NCBI RefSeq assembly: GCF_001194135.2
Contig: NC_069002.1
Coordinates: 36,531,692 to 36,585,206 of the forward strand
Source: Octopus bimaculoides
Lineage: Eukaryota
Direction of reading: 5' to 3'
DNA: 53,515 bases
Of this stretch, positions 13,659 to 27,486 are shown in pieces. The first letter of the stretch is position 1; each line of letters starts with the position of its first letter. The position numbers and the translations under genes are program-made. The notes below the pieces were generated by a model. That model saw only the letters and a program-made list of their open reading frames with translations. It did no database searches and was not told where the DNA came from.

Positions 13659-16600
13659 ACTGTTCAATATTTGGTAGATTGAGGCAAATTTCTACTGCAT
13701 CACGTGCTACAGCTCCGTGTTGCTGGGGTGTGTGTAGCATTGTGTATTCTTTTGTTGTTGGGAGTCTGCAAGCTCTTACCGGTATAGTATTGTTTTAGCT
13801 TTCTTTCCTTGAGGTGTGGTGCTGTCTTTTGTTGTGTTACTGCTTGTATTGTGTGTTGAGTGTGTAACGCTTTGGTTTCCTAGCTTGCTGGTGGGAGTTT
13901 ATTTCACTGGATAAATGCTGTATAGAGTGTGTCTTGTATTTGTGGGTTGTTTTGTTTAGGTTTTATTATTGGATTGATAGTGTCTTGTGTAGGATGTGGG
14001 CCGTTCCTAGCAGGGCTATTTTTTTGGATAAAGTGGAGTGTTGAGGATCCAGGTATAGCTTCTACGTTTCTATTCATTTACCCAAAGCTCCAATCATTAT
14101 TGGTATTGTTTTTACCTTCAGGCCCTACACTTTGAATACTTTGATTTCAAGGACCTTGTACTTTGACAATTTCTCCACTTCCTTTGTCTATCAGTAAGTA
14201 GGACTTCCCCCCCCCCATTCCTTGACTATTATATCTGAGCCATTAGCTTTTATTTCCTTGTCGGTTTGAAGCGACATATCCTAGATATGCTAGATCACGC
14301 GTTTTCTGCTTATTTGTGTCATTGGGAGCAGTTATCCTCTATCATTACATTACAAATGTTCCTTTTACTAATATAGAAAAAACTGATTAATCGCTAAGTG
14401 GCGCCGGAAATACCTTGTGGGTTGGATAAAACTTTGTTATCAGTGACAGGAGCAGTATTAGTACCGAAAAGCAATCTGCATATCTTACTTAACTTGGATA
14501 TACGAACAGAAAGCCACAACATTGCGGTATTCGTCTGGAGAAGGCATCTTGTATGGACGTATAGTACAACAAAGAACAATATATCTTCATCAATGTCGTC
14601 GTCGTCGTCATCATCATCTTCATCAACGTCCATTTGTTGAGACAAGCACCTCCACCCAGGGTGGAGGTGCTTGTCGCCCCCTTGTAAACATAAGGACACA
14701 GGAAATGTGTCAAGGCCGACAGGAAGCGGTGCTGCTTCCTAGGGCTAAATAACAGTAGTATTATTCCCTTCATGGGACTGTCACATTAAGTTGACAGCAT
14801 ACAACTACTTTATATATATNNNNNNNNNNNNNNNNNNNNNNNNNNNNNNNNNNNNNNNNNNNNNNNNNNNNNNNNNNNNNNNNNNNNNNNNNNNNNNNNN
14901 NNNNNNNNNNNNNNNNNNNNNNNNNNNNNNNNNNNNNNNNNNNNNNNNNNNNNNNNNNNNNNNNNNNNNNNNNNNNNNNNNNNNNNNNNNNNNNNNNNNN
15001 NNNNNNNNNNNNNNNNNNNNNNNNNNNNNNNNNNNNNNNNNNNNNNNNNNNNNNNNNNNNNNNNNNNNNNNNNNNNNNNNNNNNNNNNNNNNNNNNNNNN
15101 NNNNNNNNNNNNNNNNNNNNNNNNNNNNNNNNNNNNNNNNNNNNNNNNNNNNNNNNNNNNNNNNNNNNNNNNNNNNNNNNNNNNNNNNNNNNNNNNNNNN
15201 NNNNNNNNNNNNNNNNNNNNNNNNNNNNNNNNNNNNNNNNNNNNNNNNNNNNNNNNNNNNNNNNNNNNNNNNNNNNNNNNNNNNNNNNNNNNNNNNNNNN
15301 NNNNNNNNNNNNNNNNNNNNNNNNNNNNNNNNNNNNNNNNNNNNNNNNNNNNNNNNNNNNNNNNNNNNNNNNNNNNNNNNNNNNNNNNNNNNNNNNNNNN
15401 NNNNNNNNNNNNNNNNNNNNNNNNNNNNNNNNNNNNNNNNNNNNNNNNNNNNNNNNNNNNNNNNNNNNNNNNNNNNNNNNNNNNNNNNNNNNNNNNNNNN
15501 NNNNNNNNNNNNNNNNNNNNNNNNNNNNNNNNNNNNNNNNNNNNNNNNNNNNNNNNNNNNNNNNNNNNNNNNNNNNNNNNNNNNNNNNNNNNNNNNNNNN
15601 NNNNNNNNNTATATATATACACAGAGAGATAACGGACAACAGGCTTCTTTCAGTTTCCGTCTTCCAATCCATTCACAAGACTTTGATCAACCCGTCAGCC
15701 CGAGGAAATGCGGAAGACACTTGCCCACGTTGCTGTATAGTGGAACTGATCTTGAGATCATATGGCTGGGAAGCAAGACTTATGTACGTGTATATACGTA
15801 TGTATTGGTGGATGAATGTATGGATGGACGGTGTAAGACCCATTACTTACACTCAGTGATGACTTTATACCGATATGTACCATGCTTTCGTCAATTGTCA
15901 TAGGGGCCCCTGAAACAGACTTAGAGACACCTATTTACGATGTATAAATTAACCACCAAAATATCAAACTATTTCAAACTTGCAGAGCAAAAGCAACAGA
16001 ATGGAACAGTGCTGTGCGGCATAGTGAATTATTAGGTTGTCCGGAAAGTTCTAAGCGTGCAAAAAGGGATATAAATAATTGATCTTTCAATAAATTTTAT
16101 TCAATGAAATAATTTCCATTATTATTAATGATTTTTGCCCATCTATCAGGCAATTTAAATATTCCATCAGCATAAAATTTTACTGATTTTGAAGAAGAAA
16201 TGTTATCTAGATGCATTTTGACTGCATCTAAATCGTTAAATGTTTTTCCTTGCAAGCGGTAGTCAGGTGGTGCAATCTCAGGAGAATATGGTGGATGGGG
16301 TAAGAGATCCCAGCCAAGTTCATGTAGCTTTGTTCGGGTAGCCAAAGACACATGTGGGAGGGCATTGTCTAGTTGGAACAATACCCCTTTACTGTTGGCA
16401 ATCTCCGGCCTCAGTTCTTTGATTTTTGTGGGTTCAAATTAGCCAACTGACGATAATACACATCAGAATTAATGGTCTGGCTTTGTGAGAGAAGCTCATA
16501 ATGAATAATGCCTTTATGATCCTACCAAACACAAAGCATGGATTCTTTTAGTATGGATATTCGTCTTTGGTTGATGTTTTGGGGGATCCTTACGCAAACA

Positions 16601-17472
16601 CCAGGACCTTCTTCGCACTACGTTTTCATACACAATCCATTTTTCATCTCTAGTCATAAGTTGTTTAAAAAAAGGCATGCTTTCATTCTGCTTTGAAAGC
16701 ATATCATAAACTTAATACTGGTCCAAACAATTCTTTTCTGAGAATTTGCGAGGTACCCACACCTCATAGCGAGGAACGTATCCTAGCTTCACTAGATGTT
16801 CATAAGCCGTACTTTTAGAAACTTCCAGCTCCTCTGAAAATTCTCCAGTCGTGATATTTGAGTTTTCTTCGATTTTTGCCTTCAAAATATCTTCATCCAA
16901 TTTTGAAGGTCTTTTACTACGACTGTCATCTTCCAAGCTAAACTCTCCAGCTCTAAATTTTGCAAACCACCTTCGAACAGTTGCTTCACCTACAGCAGCA
17001 TCACCATAAACTTCACAAATGTTTTTGCAAGTCTTAACATTTTCTCCTTTTTTAAAAAAGAAAAGCGTTACAACGTGAATATGAAATTTTTGATTATCCA
17101 TTTAAAATGTCAATAAAGAGTAACCAGAATGAAAGATAAATCTACTTTTTGTTAGAAACAAAGAAGAGATGCACTTCTACTTCAAGCAACACCAAAGTTT
17201 TAACTCTGCTACATTTCAGGTGTGTTCAATAAAAACGTTAAAATATTTAGCTTAAAAACGCTCAGGACTTTCCAGACAACCCAATAGGTTGTGGTACATA
17301 ACAATATAGCGATGTGATGTGCTACAGTGTACTACAGTGCAATAAGGAGAATCGTAACTAAGTTACCTTCTGGTAAAGTGAATAAAGAAGAGAGGCCAGA
17401 TTAAGGAAATTGAGAATGAATACTCTGTAAGATAAACAAATATAAATAGATATATATACATATATATACATG

Positions 17473-17540
<68 letters not shown>

Positions 17541-19452
17541 GTAAAGAATTTCATTGTTGCAATATTTTCACCAATTTCAAATTTCAGTATCTTGATTAGC
17601 GAAACGCGAAAACGGGTGATTATCATAATATTGTATTCTTTAAAATTTATTAACAATATATAAATTGTGTGCATCTTCCTTCTTTTGTTTTTCTTGAATT
17701 TTTCCATTTCTAAGTTGCTATTTTTTGTATTGTGAACAAAGCGTCATCTCTATATAATCCCCCCACCCCTATGTTCGGGAGTCAAGTTTCTACACTGTAA
17801 TATTCTTACTATATATATATATAAAACAAATAATAAATGAGTATATGCATATATACGTACAAGTATGTGCATACCTACATCTACCTGTATATATAGGTGC
17901 ATATCTGGGTACAGGACGTTGCAAACAAAACATAGACAAAAAAATAACAATAACCAGAGTACAGAAAACACACCGGCCACATAGAGAACATTTTCCTTCA
18001 GCTGCCACCATTCTAACACAGGCGTTTCGAAGAGTTAGGGCAGGACGCATCGTTAAAATGGCTCTTCCCACGGACCACAAATTAAATTTGTACCGACAAA
18101 TTAAATTTGTACCATGGAGGAATGTAGTGGCGGACAGAGAGACTCTCTCATTAAAAACGACGTATGTTCAGTAAGAAGATAGAAGAAAAATCCAACGAGA
18201 TAGACAATCAACAACACACTCACAATACTATTGCTACTACTCATCAATGTTTACAATACATTTACTTCACCTTGTGACTCTTCATGTGAGTCCCCAGGTT
18301 ACCAAAAACAATACGGACCTATTAAATCATCACGTGATCTAGCTGAGAAATCACAATGTGGACAATGATGGTTTGCGAGAAGGCTGTTGTTTTGTTAGCT
18401 TATTTGCCTATTTTCACGTTAGTGCTCTTGATGAAATTTCCTCTGAGTTTCGAAAGTTTGAAGTTAGACAAAGCACTCTCGCCTTCAGTCTGAGCTGTTT
18501 CTTGCAAGATTCTCAAAGTTTTCTTTCCTAACGTTCAAGTGTTTCAAATTATAAAGAACCTTTTATGTCGTATTTGTCAGCTGATTCTTGCAGTTTTAGC
18601 CNNNNNNNNNNNNNNNNNNNNNNNNNNNNNNNNNNNNNNNNNNNNNNNNNNNNNNNNNNNNNNNNNNNNNNNNNNNNNNNNNNNNNNNNNNNNNNNNNNN
18701 NNNNNNNNNNNNNNNNNNNNNNNNNNNNNNNNNNNNNNNNNNNNNNNNNNNNNNNNNNNNNNNNNNNNNNNNNNNNNNNNNNNNNNNNNNNNNNNNNNNN
18801 NNNNNNNNNNNNNNNNNNNNNNNNNNNNNNNNNNNNNNNNNNNNNNNNNNNNNNNNNNNNNNNNNNNNNNNNNNNNNNNNNNNNNNNNNNNNNNNNNNNN
18901 NNNNNNNNNNNNNNNNNNNNNNNNNNNNNNNNNNNNNNNNNNNNNNNNNNNNNNNNNNNNNNNNNNNNNNNNNNNNNNNNNNNNNNNNNNNNNNNNNNNN
19001 NNNNNNNNNNNNNNNNNNNNNNNNNNNNNNNNNNNNNNNNNNNNNNNNNNNNNNNNNNNNNNNNNNNNNNNNNNNNNNNNNNNNNNNNNNNNNNNNNNNN
19101 NNNNNNNNNNNNNNNNNNNNNNNNNNNNNNNNNNNNNNNNNNNNNNNNNNNNNNNNNNNNNNNNNNNNNNNNNNNNNNNNNNNNNNNNNNNNNNNNNNNN
19201 NNNNNNNNNNNNNNNNNNNNNNNNNNNNNNNNNNNNNNNNNNNNNNNNNNNNNNNNNNNNNNNNNNNNNNNNNNNNNNNNNNNNNNNNNNNNNNNNNNNN
19301 NNNNNNNNNNNNNNNNNNNNNNNNNGCAAAACAATTTCAATACAGTAAACATAAGAGCACCACAGCAATCCACAGCACATACCCAAGGCGCACAGAGCTG
19401 CGCTCGGTAGTGAAGTGAAAGCACGTTATAAAAATAAAACTACTGAACAATG

Positions 19453-19512
<60 letters not shown>

Positions 19513-19904
19513 GATCATTACCTTGCTAATTGTGCTCTAAGGTTTGTACGTGGATGATACTGTTCCATTCTTGTTATCAGGTCAAAGAAATTTGGAAAAA
19601 CTAAGAAAATTACCGTTATGACCCATGTTGTCTGCAACGAAATAAGTAAAATTTAATATATTACTGCATAAAAGTAATGTCCTCTGTCGTTTATTTCTTT
19701 CACTAATTCTTTCTTTTTCATCTCCCCTTCTGCTCTTCTTTTAACTCCTCCTCCTCCTCATCATCATCATCATCATTATCATCATCATCTTTTTATTTGT
19801 CCTTCCTTCTTCCCTCCCTCCCTCCTCCCTCCTTTCGTTCGTTCGTTCCTTCCTTATTTTCCACGGCGTCTCTCTCTTTCTGATTCTTCCGCGAATAATT
19901 CTCC

Positions 19905-19936
<32 letters not shown>

Positions 19937-20047
19937 TCGTAGCCATTCTTTCTCTCTTACATGATCCCCATCATTTACCCAACCACATAAACACATGCGC
20001 ACACACACACACACGCACACACACACACACACTCATTTCTACGAAGA

Positions 20048-20081
<34 letters not shown>

Positions 20082-20963
20082 GCTGCTGCTGCAATAAAAA
20101 AAACAATAGCCACTACACAAAGAAACAGAGACACCATTTTACGACGCAACATAAGAACTCACTCAAGAGTTTCCTAACCAAGAAGAGAAAACGAAATGAT
20201 CTTTTTATTTCCAAAGCTGCTCACCGCATTAGCTTCGAAATAGGATTTCTCAATGTCTGGATTATTCTCCGAAGTAGTGACGATGTAGTAAGTGAGATAG
20301 CCACTGAGTCCGTAAAGAAGGAGACTGAAAATGACACCCAGGCATCGGAGAAAAATCAACAGCTTCCTGAAAGAAAAAGAAAAAAATACAACAAAAGAAT
20401 TTGATGAAACAATTGCATACACATACAAACAATATGTGTGTGTGTGTGTATACACAGACGCATATATATACACATATGTATTTGTATATATATATATATC
20501 TATATGTATGTATATAAGGATTTACTTTTCGTAATGAGATTAAAAAAAAGCCAAGGCTGTGTACTACATTATAGAACATTTATAAGTAGAAGGTCTTACA
20601 GCTGTTTCCAAGATATTTATTATATCCCTTCATCGGAGACGGTGTGAGAAGATGGTTAAGCAATAGTTAGTTTAGATAAGATCGGAAATAGAGAGTGAAT
20701 GTAGAGATATTGTATTTGTATGTATTGGATATGTATGTATATATAAAACCATATTCTTTTCTTTTACTTGTTTCAGTCATTTGACTGCAACCATGCTGGA
20801 GCCCCGCTTTTAGTCGGCCAAATCAACCCCGGGACTTATTCTTTGTAAGCTTAGTACTTATTCTATCGGTCTCTTTTGCCGAACCACCACTAAGTTACGT
20901 GGACGTAAACACACCAACATCAGTTGTCAAGGGATGGTGGGGGAAAACACAGACACACATACA

Positions 20964-21004
<41 letters not shown>

Positions 21005-23311
21005 GCAAAGTGATGTAGACAGTAGCAGCAGGACATCGTGAAGCATATTTGCCACCTAAATGTGGCTGACCCATATGGGACGATGCTACTGTAGCTTATA
21101 GCCCCTGGAAGACATCTCCACCAGCTGGTTAACGACACACTGTGCCCGATCAATATTTGCCAAGGGAACCCGGGTCTAGAGATGGGAACGATGATTTCCC
21201 TTCGAAAATACTGATCGGGCGCAGTGTGCCTTTAGCCCGCTGGAGGAGATGTCTTCTTGGAGCTGTAAACCACAGTAGCATCGTCTCATATGGGTCAGCC
21301 ACATTTAGGTGAAAAATATACTATATGTGTATATATATATATATATTGGGTGATCCCATAGATAATGCAGTTTTTTCAATTGCATGCGCTAAAAGTCGGA
21401 AGGGGACAGGATAAATTACCTGCATCAACTTGCTATAAAAGCAGGTTGTAATTTTACCTTGTACTTATTCTTGGTGCAAGTTTTGAAGAGGGCAGTTCGA
21501 TTTTAACGGTTATTTTTCAAAGCTATAATGAAAGTGACAAAGGAGCATATTCAGTATATTTTGCTTTATGAGTTCAAAAAAGGCAACGGAAACTACAGTT
21601 GAGAAGATGAGTTACGTCCTGGAAGATCTGTAGAGCTCGACGAGGACATCCTGCAAACCCTGGAGGAACAAAATATCATCGTAACTGGTGGAGAACTGGC
21701 AGGGAAGCTTGAATCTTGTCATTCAACCATTCATCGACACCTTCGTGTCATCGAAAAAGTCAGCAAATTGGGTCAATGAGTTCCTCATAAACTTTCCAAG
21801 TTTAATCGTGCACAGAGAGTGAGTGTGTGCTCTTCTTTGCTGTCACATTTCACGAATGAACCTTTTTTGGACCGAACAGCGACTGGTGACGAGAAATGGG
21901 TTTTCTATAGAAATGTCAAGCGCCAAAAGCAGTGGGTAGGGAAAAGAGAAATACCGGCACCTAGTGTACTGTTTTTTTGTTTTTCACAAAGCCACACCAA
22001 CCTTCCATTAACTTACTTTTTCTCCACTTTCTCTTTTTCTTCGACTTCGCGAATCGACTCCTGAAAATATAGCAATCAAATATTATTGTGAGAATTCGTT
22101 AATATAGATAATAACCATAGCAGAAGGCAAACATTTCCAAGTAGCTAATGAACCGACTAATAGATCTGACGATTGACGGATTGTATAATTGGCCAATTAG
22201 TTATTTAACCTATTAGCCGAGTGATGTTTTTTTTTAATGGTTTGGTCTACAGCATTGCTTCCCAAACTTGTCATTTATTTAAATGATTTTATCCTTAAAG
22301 TCCCTTGACGTTTTGCTGTCTGCTCAGTATTATATATATTATATATATATTTTTTCTCTCTCAGCCCGAAGGCTGCGACCATGCTGGAGCCCCGCCAGTA
22401 AAAAATCACAATGCCTTCCCGGGGTCATATACTCATAAGACTCGTTTCCCGGATTTCGTGGCGTATATGTATTATATCCTGCACCACAAATGAGTGAACT
22501 AGAGAAACGTGAAATGAAGTGTTTTGCTCAAGAACACAACGCATCGCTCGCTCCACGAATCGAAACCGCAATCTCACGAGTATGAGCGCAATGTCCCAGC
22601 CACTAAGCTAAACACCTTTTACACTGCAGCCCTTTAAAATTTTGAACACAATCGATGGACTCCAGTGTTATTTTTATGAGCCTTTAGTGGGCTGCGGACC
22701 CTAGATTTGGAACTGCTTTCCTAGCCAAAGGGGGTGTCCGGGCAACTCGTCGACGGCAATTTGTCGTTGTTGCCGATGATGATGACGACGACGTCGATGA
22801 CGAAGACGTCGATGATGATGATGTTGATGATGATGGTTGTAATGATGGTAATGGTGGTGGGATCTATACTCACTTTGAATGTGGTAATAATGGCTGCATA
22901 CTTGTTGTTTGCTGTGTCCGGGTTACCCACCAGATAATCCCAGCTGCTGAACAATTTCCATGAGAAGGAGAACATTTCGTCTTTGGTCGCCGTTTTGTTG
23001 AGTCTTGCATTGGTAGCCAACCTAAAGTTGCAAGCATCATGGTCGTTAGCAACAACCTTGCAGTTTTGACTAACATAATCAGTAATAAAAACACACACTC
23101 ACTTGACGTGAACATCACAACAGTTAGTAAACAGTCGTACAGTATTTGCAAGGGGCATCGCAATCATTAGCAACAGTTACATAACTGTGAATATTCTGAT
23201 AACAGTTAGCAGCATCATAATCAAAGATTTTCATCTGGTCGGTAGTCTTTAGTTGCAAACAAGTGATAATCGTTGTATCTTTGTATGTACGTATGTACGT
23301 ATGTATGTATG

Positions 23312-23342
<31 letters not shown>

Positions 23343-23432
23343 TTATGTATGTATGTATACATGTATGTGTCTATGAGTGTATGTATGTGTGTATGTATGT
23401 TTGTAAGTATGTGTGTGAATATGTATGTGTTG

Positions 23433-23469
<37 letters not shown>

Positions 23470-26400
23470 GTTATCTTCTATCGTTTACTTGTTTCAGTCA
23501 TTAGACTGCGGTCATGCTGGGGCACCGCCTTGAAGAGGTTTTGGTTGAATGAAGCTACTTCAGTACTTATTGGTTTTAAGCTTGGTACTTATCCTACGTC
23601 TCTATTGCCAAAACGCTAAGTTACAGGGAGGTAAACCCACCAACACCGGTTGTCAAGTGGTGGGACAAACGCAAACATACACACACACAACAAAAGCATT
23701 CAGAGATATAATCTTATTAAACGCAGACAGCTCTGACTTCCATATTTTCCGGAGTCTGCAGAAGTGCATTTTTGTTGTTTTCGCTTTAGTCACAGCACCA
23801 ACGTATGCAACATTCTCATCGATTCCGAGATACTTGCAGCTTTCATCATTACAAACAGAGGAGATGAAGCCGTTGATGTACACGTTCTCTGGCCGAAAAT
23901 CTTTCCTATATATGTATAACTAGGTCTGTCGGCTCTAATTTAGACAATTTATTACGGTCATCTCATTTTCTTACACTAGACACAGTGTATAGATTTGAAG
24001 CCAAATGGTTCTGGGTTCGATGTCACTGCACATTTGCAAGTGACTTCTATTATAGATTCGGGTCGATTAACACATTGTAAGTGGGATGAAGTAGACAGAA
24101 ACTCTTGTACGTAACTAATAACCACTTACTCGAGTTCACGGTTTGATGCATTAAAAAAAGTATGCCCTTCATCTTTAAAGTTGAGATTTGAGAGAGAATT
24201 TAGTTAATATTTAGAGCAGATCAATCAGTCGTGTTTGTACACGTCAGTATTTTTTGCTCGTTGTTTCATAGCCCTTCTTTTAGTCTTGCGAGGTGTAGCT
24301 TCTGTGACTTGTCAGGACAAGTTTTAACACAAAACTCAAGTAACAAAGATCCAAAACCATGGTGGCAAAACTATTTCCTCATTACCAATGTTAAATGTAA
24401 ACAGTTTATGACCCGTGATAAGAATGCTATTAATAATATTAACTACGACTGACATCATTTTTCATACGATTCTTTTCTACAATACAAACGAACTCTTTAA
24501 ACAGAAGATAAAACTGCTTATCTTCTCTTTGAAGAATAATTCCCTAAACTTATTTGAAGAGATTTGAGGAAGTCCGAAATAAAATAAAATACGACGGTAA
24601 GTAAAAAAGTAATGCCATTTTCTTTATTACATGTGAAGTTTTTAATAAAAATAACTGAAAATTTTCCCATTACGTTCTGAAATATTTTGTTTCTTACTTT
24701 TCAGGTTTTTAGACTGATAAGGAAAATTCAAAATGGCTGGCCCCTTAGAGTTACGTCAGAAACAAAGAGCAGTGATTGAATTTCTTGTTGCTGAGGGGGA
24801 AACCCCTGTGAACATTCACTGACGATTACAAAATGTCTTTGAGGACAATACTTTAGATTATAGCAATGTATGCAGGTGGGTCCATCGTCTGAAAGATGAA
24901 AAGGTGGGAACTGTGAGTGTAGGGGATAAACCCCGTTCTGGCCGTCCGTCTGCTTCTGTGAATCCAGCAAATAAAACAAAAGCAGATGCTCTGATCAGAG
25001 AAGATAGGCGCATAACTCTTGATGAGTTGGCAAAAAACCATGAAGTGAGCCATGGAAGTGCTTACAACGTTGTCGAATCACTTGGCTTTTCAAAAGTGTG
25101 CGCCCGTTGGGTACCAAGAGAGCTGACTACCGAACGCAAGACAGACAGGGTCAATGCCTGCACTAAACTTCTCGAGCAAAATCAAAGAGACAAAACCTTC
25201 TTTCGAAGGCTCGCAACAGGTGATGAAACATGGGTTCATCATTATGAACTGGAATCAAAGAGACAGTCAATGGAATGGTACTACTCTACGTCACCACCAC
25301 CGAAAAAGTTCAAGACGCAAAAGTCAGCTGGAAAAATCGTGGCGACTGTCTTTTGGGATGCTCAAGGTGTCATTCTGGTCGATTTCTTGCCAAAAGGAAA
25401 AACAATAAACTCTGAGGTCTACATTGAGACCCTGACGAGGCTCAAAGCAAGAATCCGACGAGTAAGACCCTACTTGCCAATCGACAATGTCCTTCTTCTG
25501 CACGACAATGCTCGACCACACACAAGCATCAGGACGAGGAAGACAATCGCCTCATTCGGGTGGACAACTGTACCACATCCTCCATACTCACCAGATTTAG
25601 CGCCTTCAGACTATCATCTCTTCGGCCCCATGAAAGAGGGTTTGAAAGGCAAATATTATTCCAGTGACGAGGAAGTGAAAACTGTAGTGAAGAAGTGGCT
25701 CAAAGAACAGTCAACAGAATTTTACGGGGCATGGATACCTGCTCTCATTCGAAGGTGGAACATTGCTTTTGAGAGAAACGGTGACTATGTTGAAAAGTAG
25801 GGATGTGATCCACCGAGGACCAGCTTCATTTTGTACAAGTCTGTAATGCTCGAGCACTAGACGAGTACGGGCAGGACAATATCATCGCTCTGAGCGAATC
25901 TCGGACCGGTTCGGTCGGCAGTACTTCTGTGCCTGAAGAGTTTATCTCGAACAAGAGACTCACCCCACTTAACATTGTCAGGTCAAGAATTCCTGGAAAA
26001 CATCTATTCGTTCCAGCTCAACACTTCCCTGGACTTTCGTCAACGCCCAAAGTTTCCTCGGGAACGTCGTCGCTCTTGCCCATCATTAAACTTCTATAGA
26101 ACGCCATGATTGAAACTGTCATCGACCGTACCACCCGACTGGCAGAGATGTCTTAACGGCATTCCAGGTGCAAGGAGACCTCACCTCACCGTCAAAGAAT
26201 TGCTGGAGATGATGCAGCCTTAGGACATGTCAGCGCATCACTAGCCAGCCCTCTGCTTAGTTTTCTACTCAGTGGTCAAATAACAGCAAAGGTGCACCTT
26301 GGTAGTGGAACGCATCAAACCGCAAAAAGCGAAGGAGCAGACGCTTCAGGTTGATGAGACGTGGGCTGGAACAAGGTGCTGCAGTCGGGCGGTGATATTT

Positions 26401-27434
26401 AACGGATGCGATGTAAGCGTTTACCACCTCTGCCCGACATTTCAGGGAGTTTTTTCGCGATCCATTTCTGCGTGAAATAGGCCACCCTAATCGTCACTTC
26501 GTCCCAGTTCTTCTCCACTTAGAGATCTCATCTAAATCTGATGAGAAATTTAACCAGCACCCCATGGCGCTGCTAAACAGAATGGACCTGTCTCTCCAGG
26601 TGCCGAGCTGCCGGTCCACTAACTTTTCGGGTTGATTTTTCTTCTTGTCACCGCCTTAGTGCCTTAGTACCCAACACTACCACGATGTTTAGTATCCAAC
26701 GATATGTTTAGTATCCAACACTACCACGATGACATCGTCCGTATGTGCTGGAACGATTCTTCTGCTTCCTACTTCACGCAAGATGCCCCCTCAACGTCTC
26801 TAGTTTCCGCGGCAGTGGCTAAGGAGTCTGTAAATGCAGAAGAGACGAGAGAGGACAATCTTGATGGGCCGAGTGGCTGATGTTGAATGGTTCCAATAGG
26901 TGACCATTTAGTCTAAGTACTGAGCAAATGTCGTTGTACTTTGCAGCGATGCAATCACAGAACACAGCTCCAAAACTGGCTACCGTGAGGTCAGCCACCA
27001 AGTATTGATGGTCGACCCTATCGAAAAAATTTGATTGATTTAAATCGATCAATACTTTACACATGCTCGGTTTCTTACCCATCCTATTTATATCACATAA
27101 CGTAAAAGTGATAAGAATGAAATAGTCAATAAGTAGAATATTACAACAGAAACTGAGTGGTTTATTCTTGTATTGCAGAACTATATATCCCAATGGAAAA
27201 AAAAATACTATGAACTAAGGGAAATAACTCAACTGGGTCAATGGCTTTACGTTAAAGCATGATGTACTGAAAAATGCAAAATGTTCTTTGTTGTTTAACC
27301 TAGATCAGATATGAATTGAAGTTAAACAATAATATTAATAGCAACCACATCTCAGCAAATCGTTTTGCTTCATAAAGTATCCCAGCTCAGTTTTGACAAG
27401 CATTTCAGTTACACTTCTCTGCTCTCGCTTTGTT

Positions 27435-27486
<52 letters not shown>

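Noticed and set aside
17790-18080. Hydrophobic, Cys-containing 96-aa ORF on minus
   Set aside because: No family motif, no convincing splice context, and its end is TA/CA microsatellite-derived.
23273-23533. ORFs of MYVC/YI/TH/VC repeats (also 44140-44469, 50863-51333 and others)
   Set aside because: Translations of TATG, TA and CA microsatellites.
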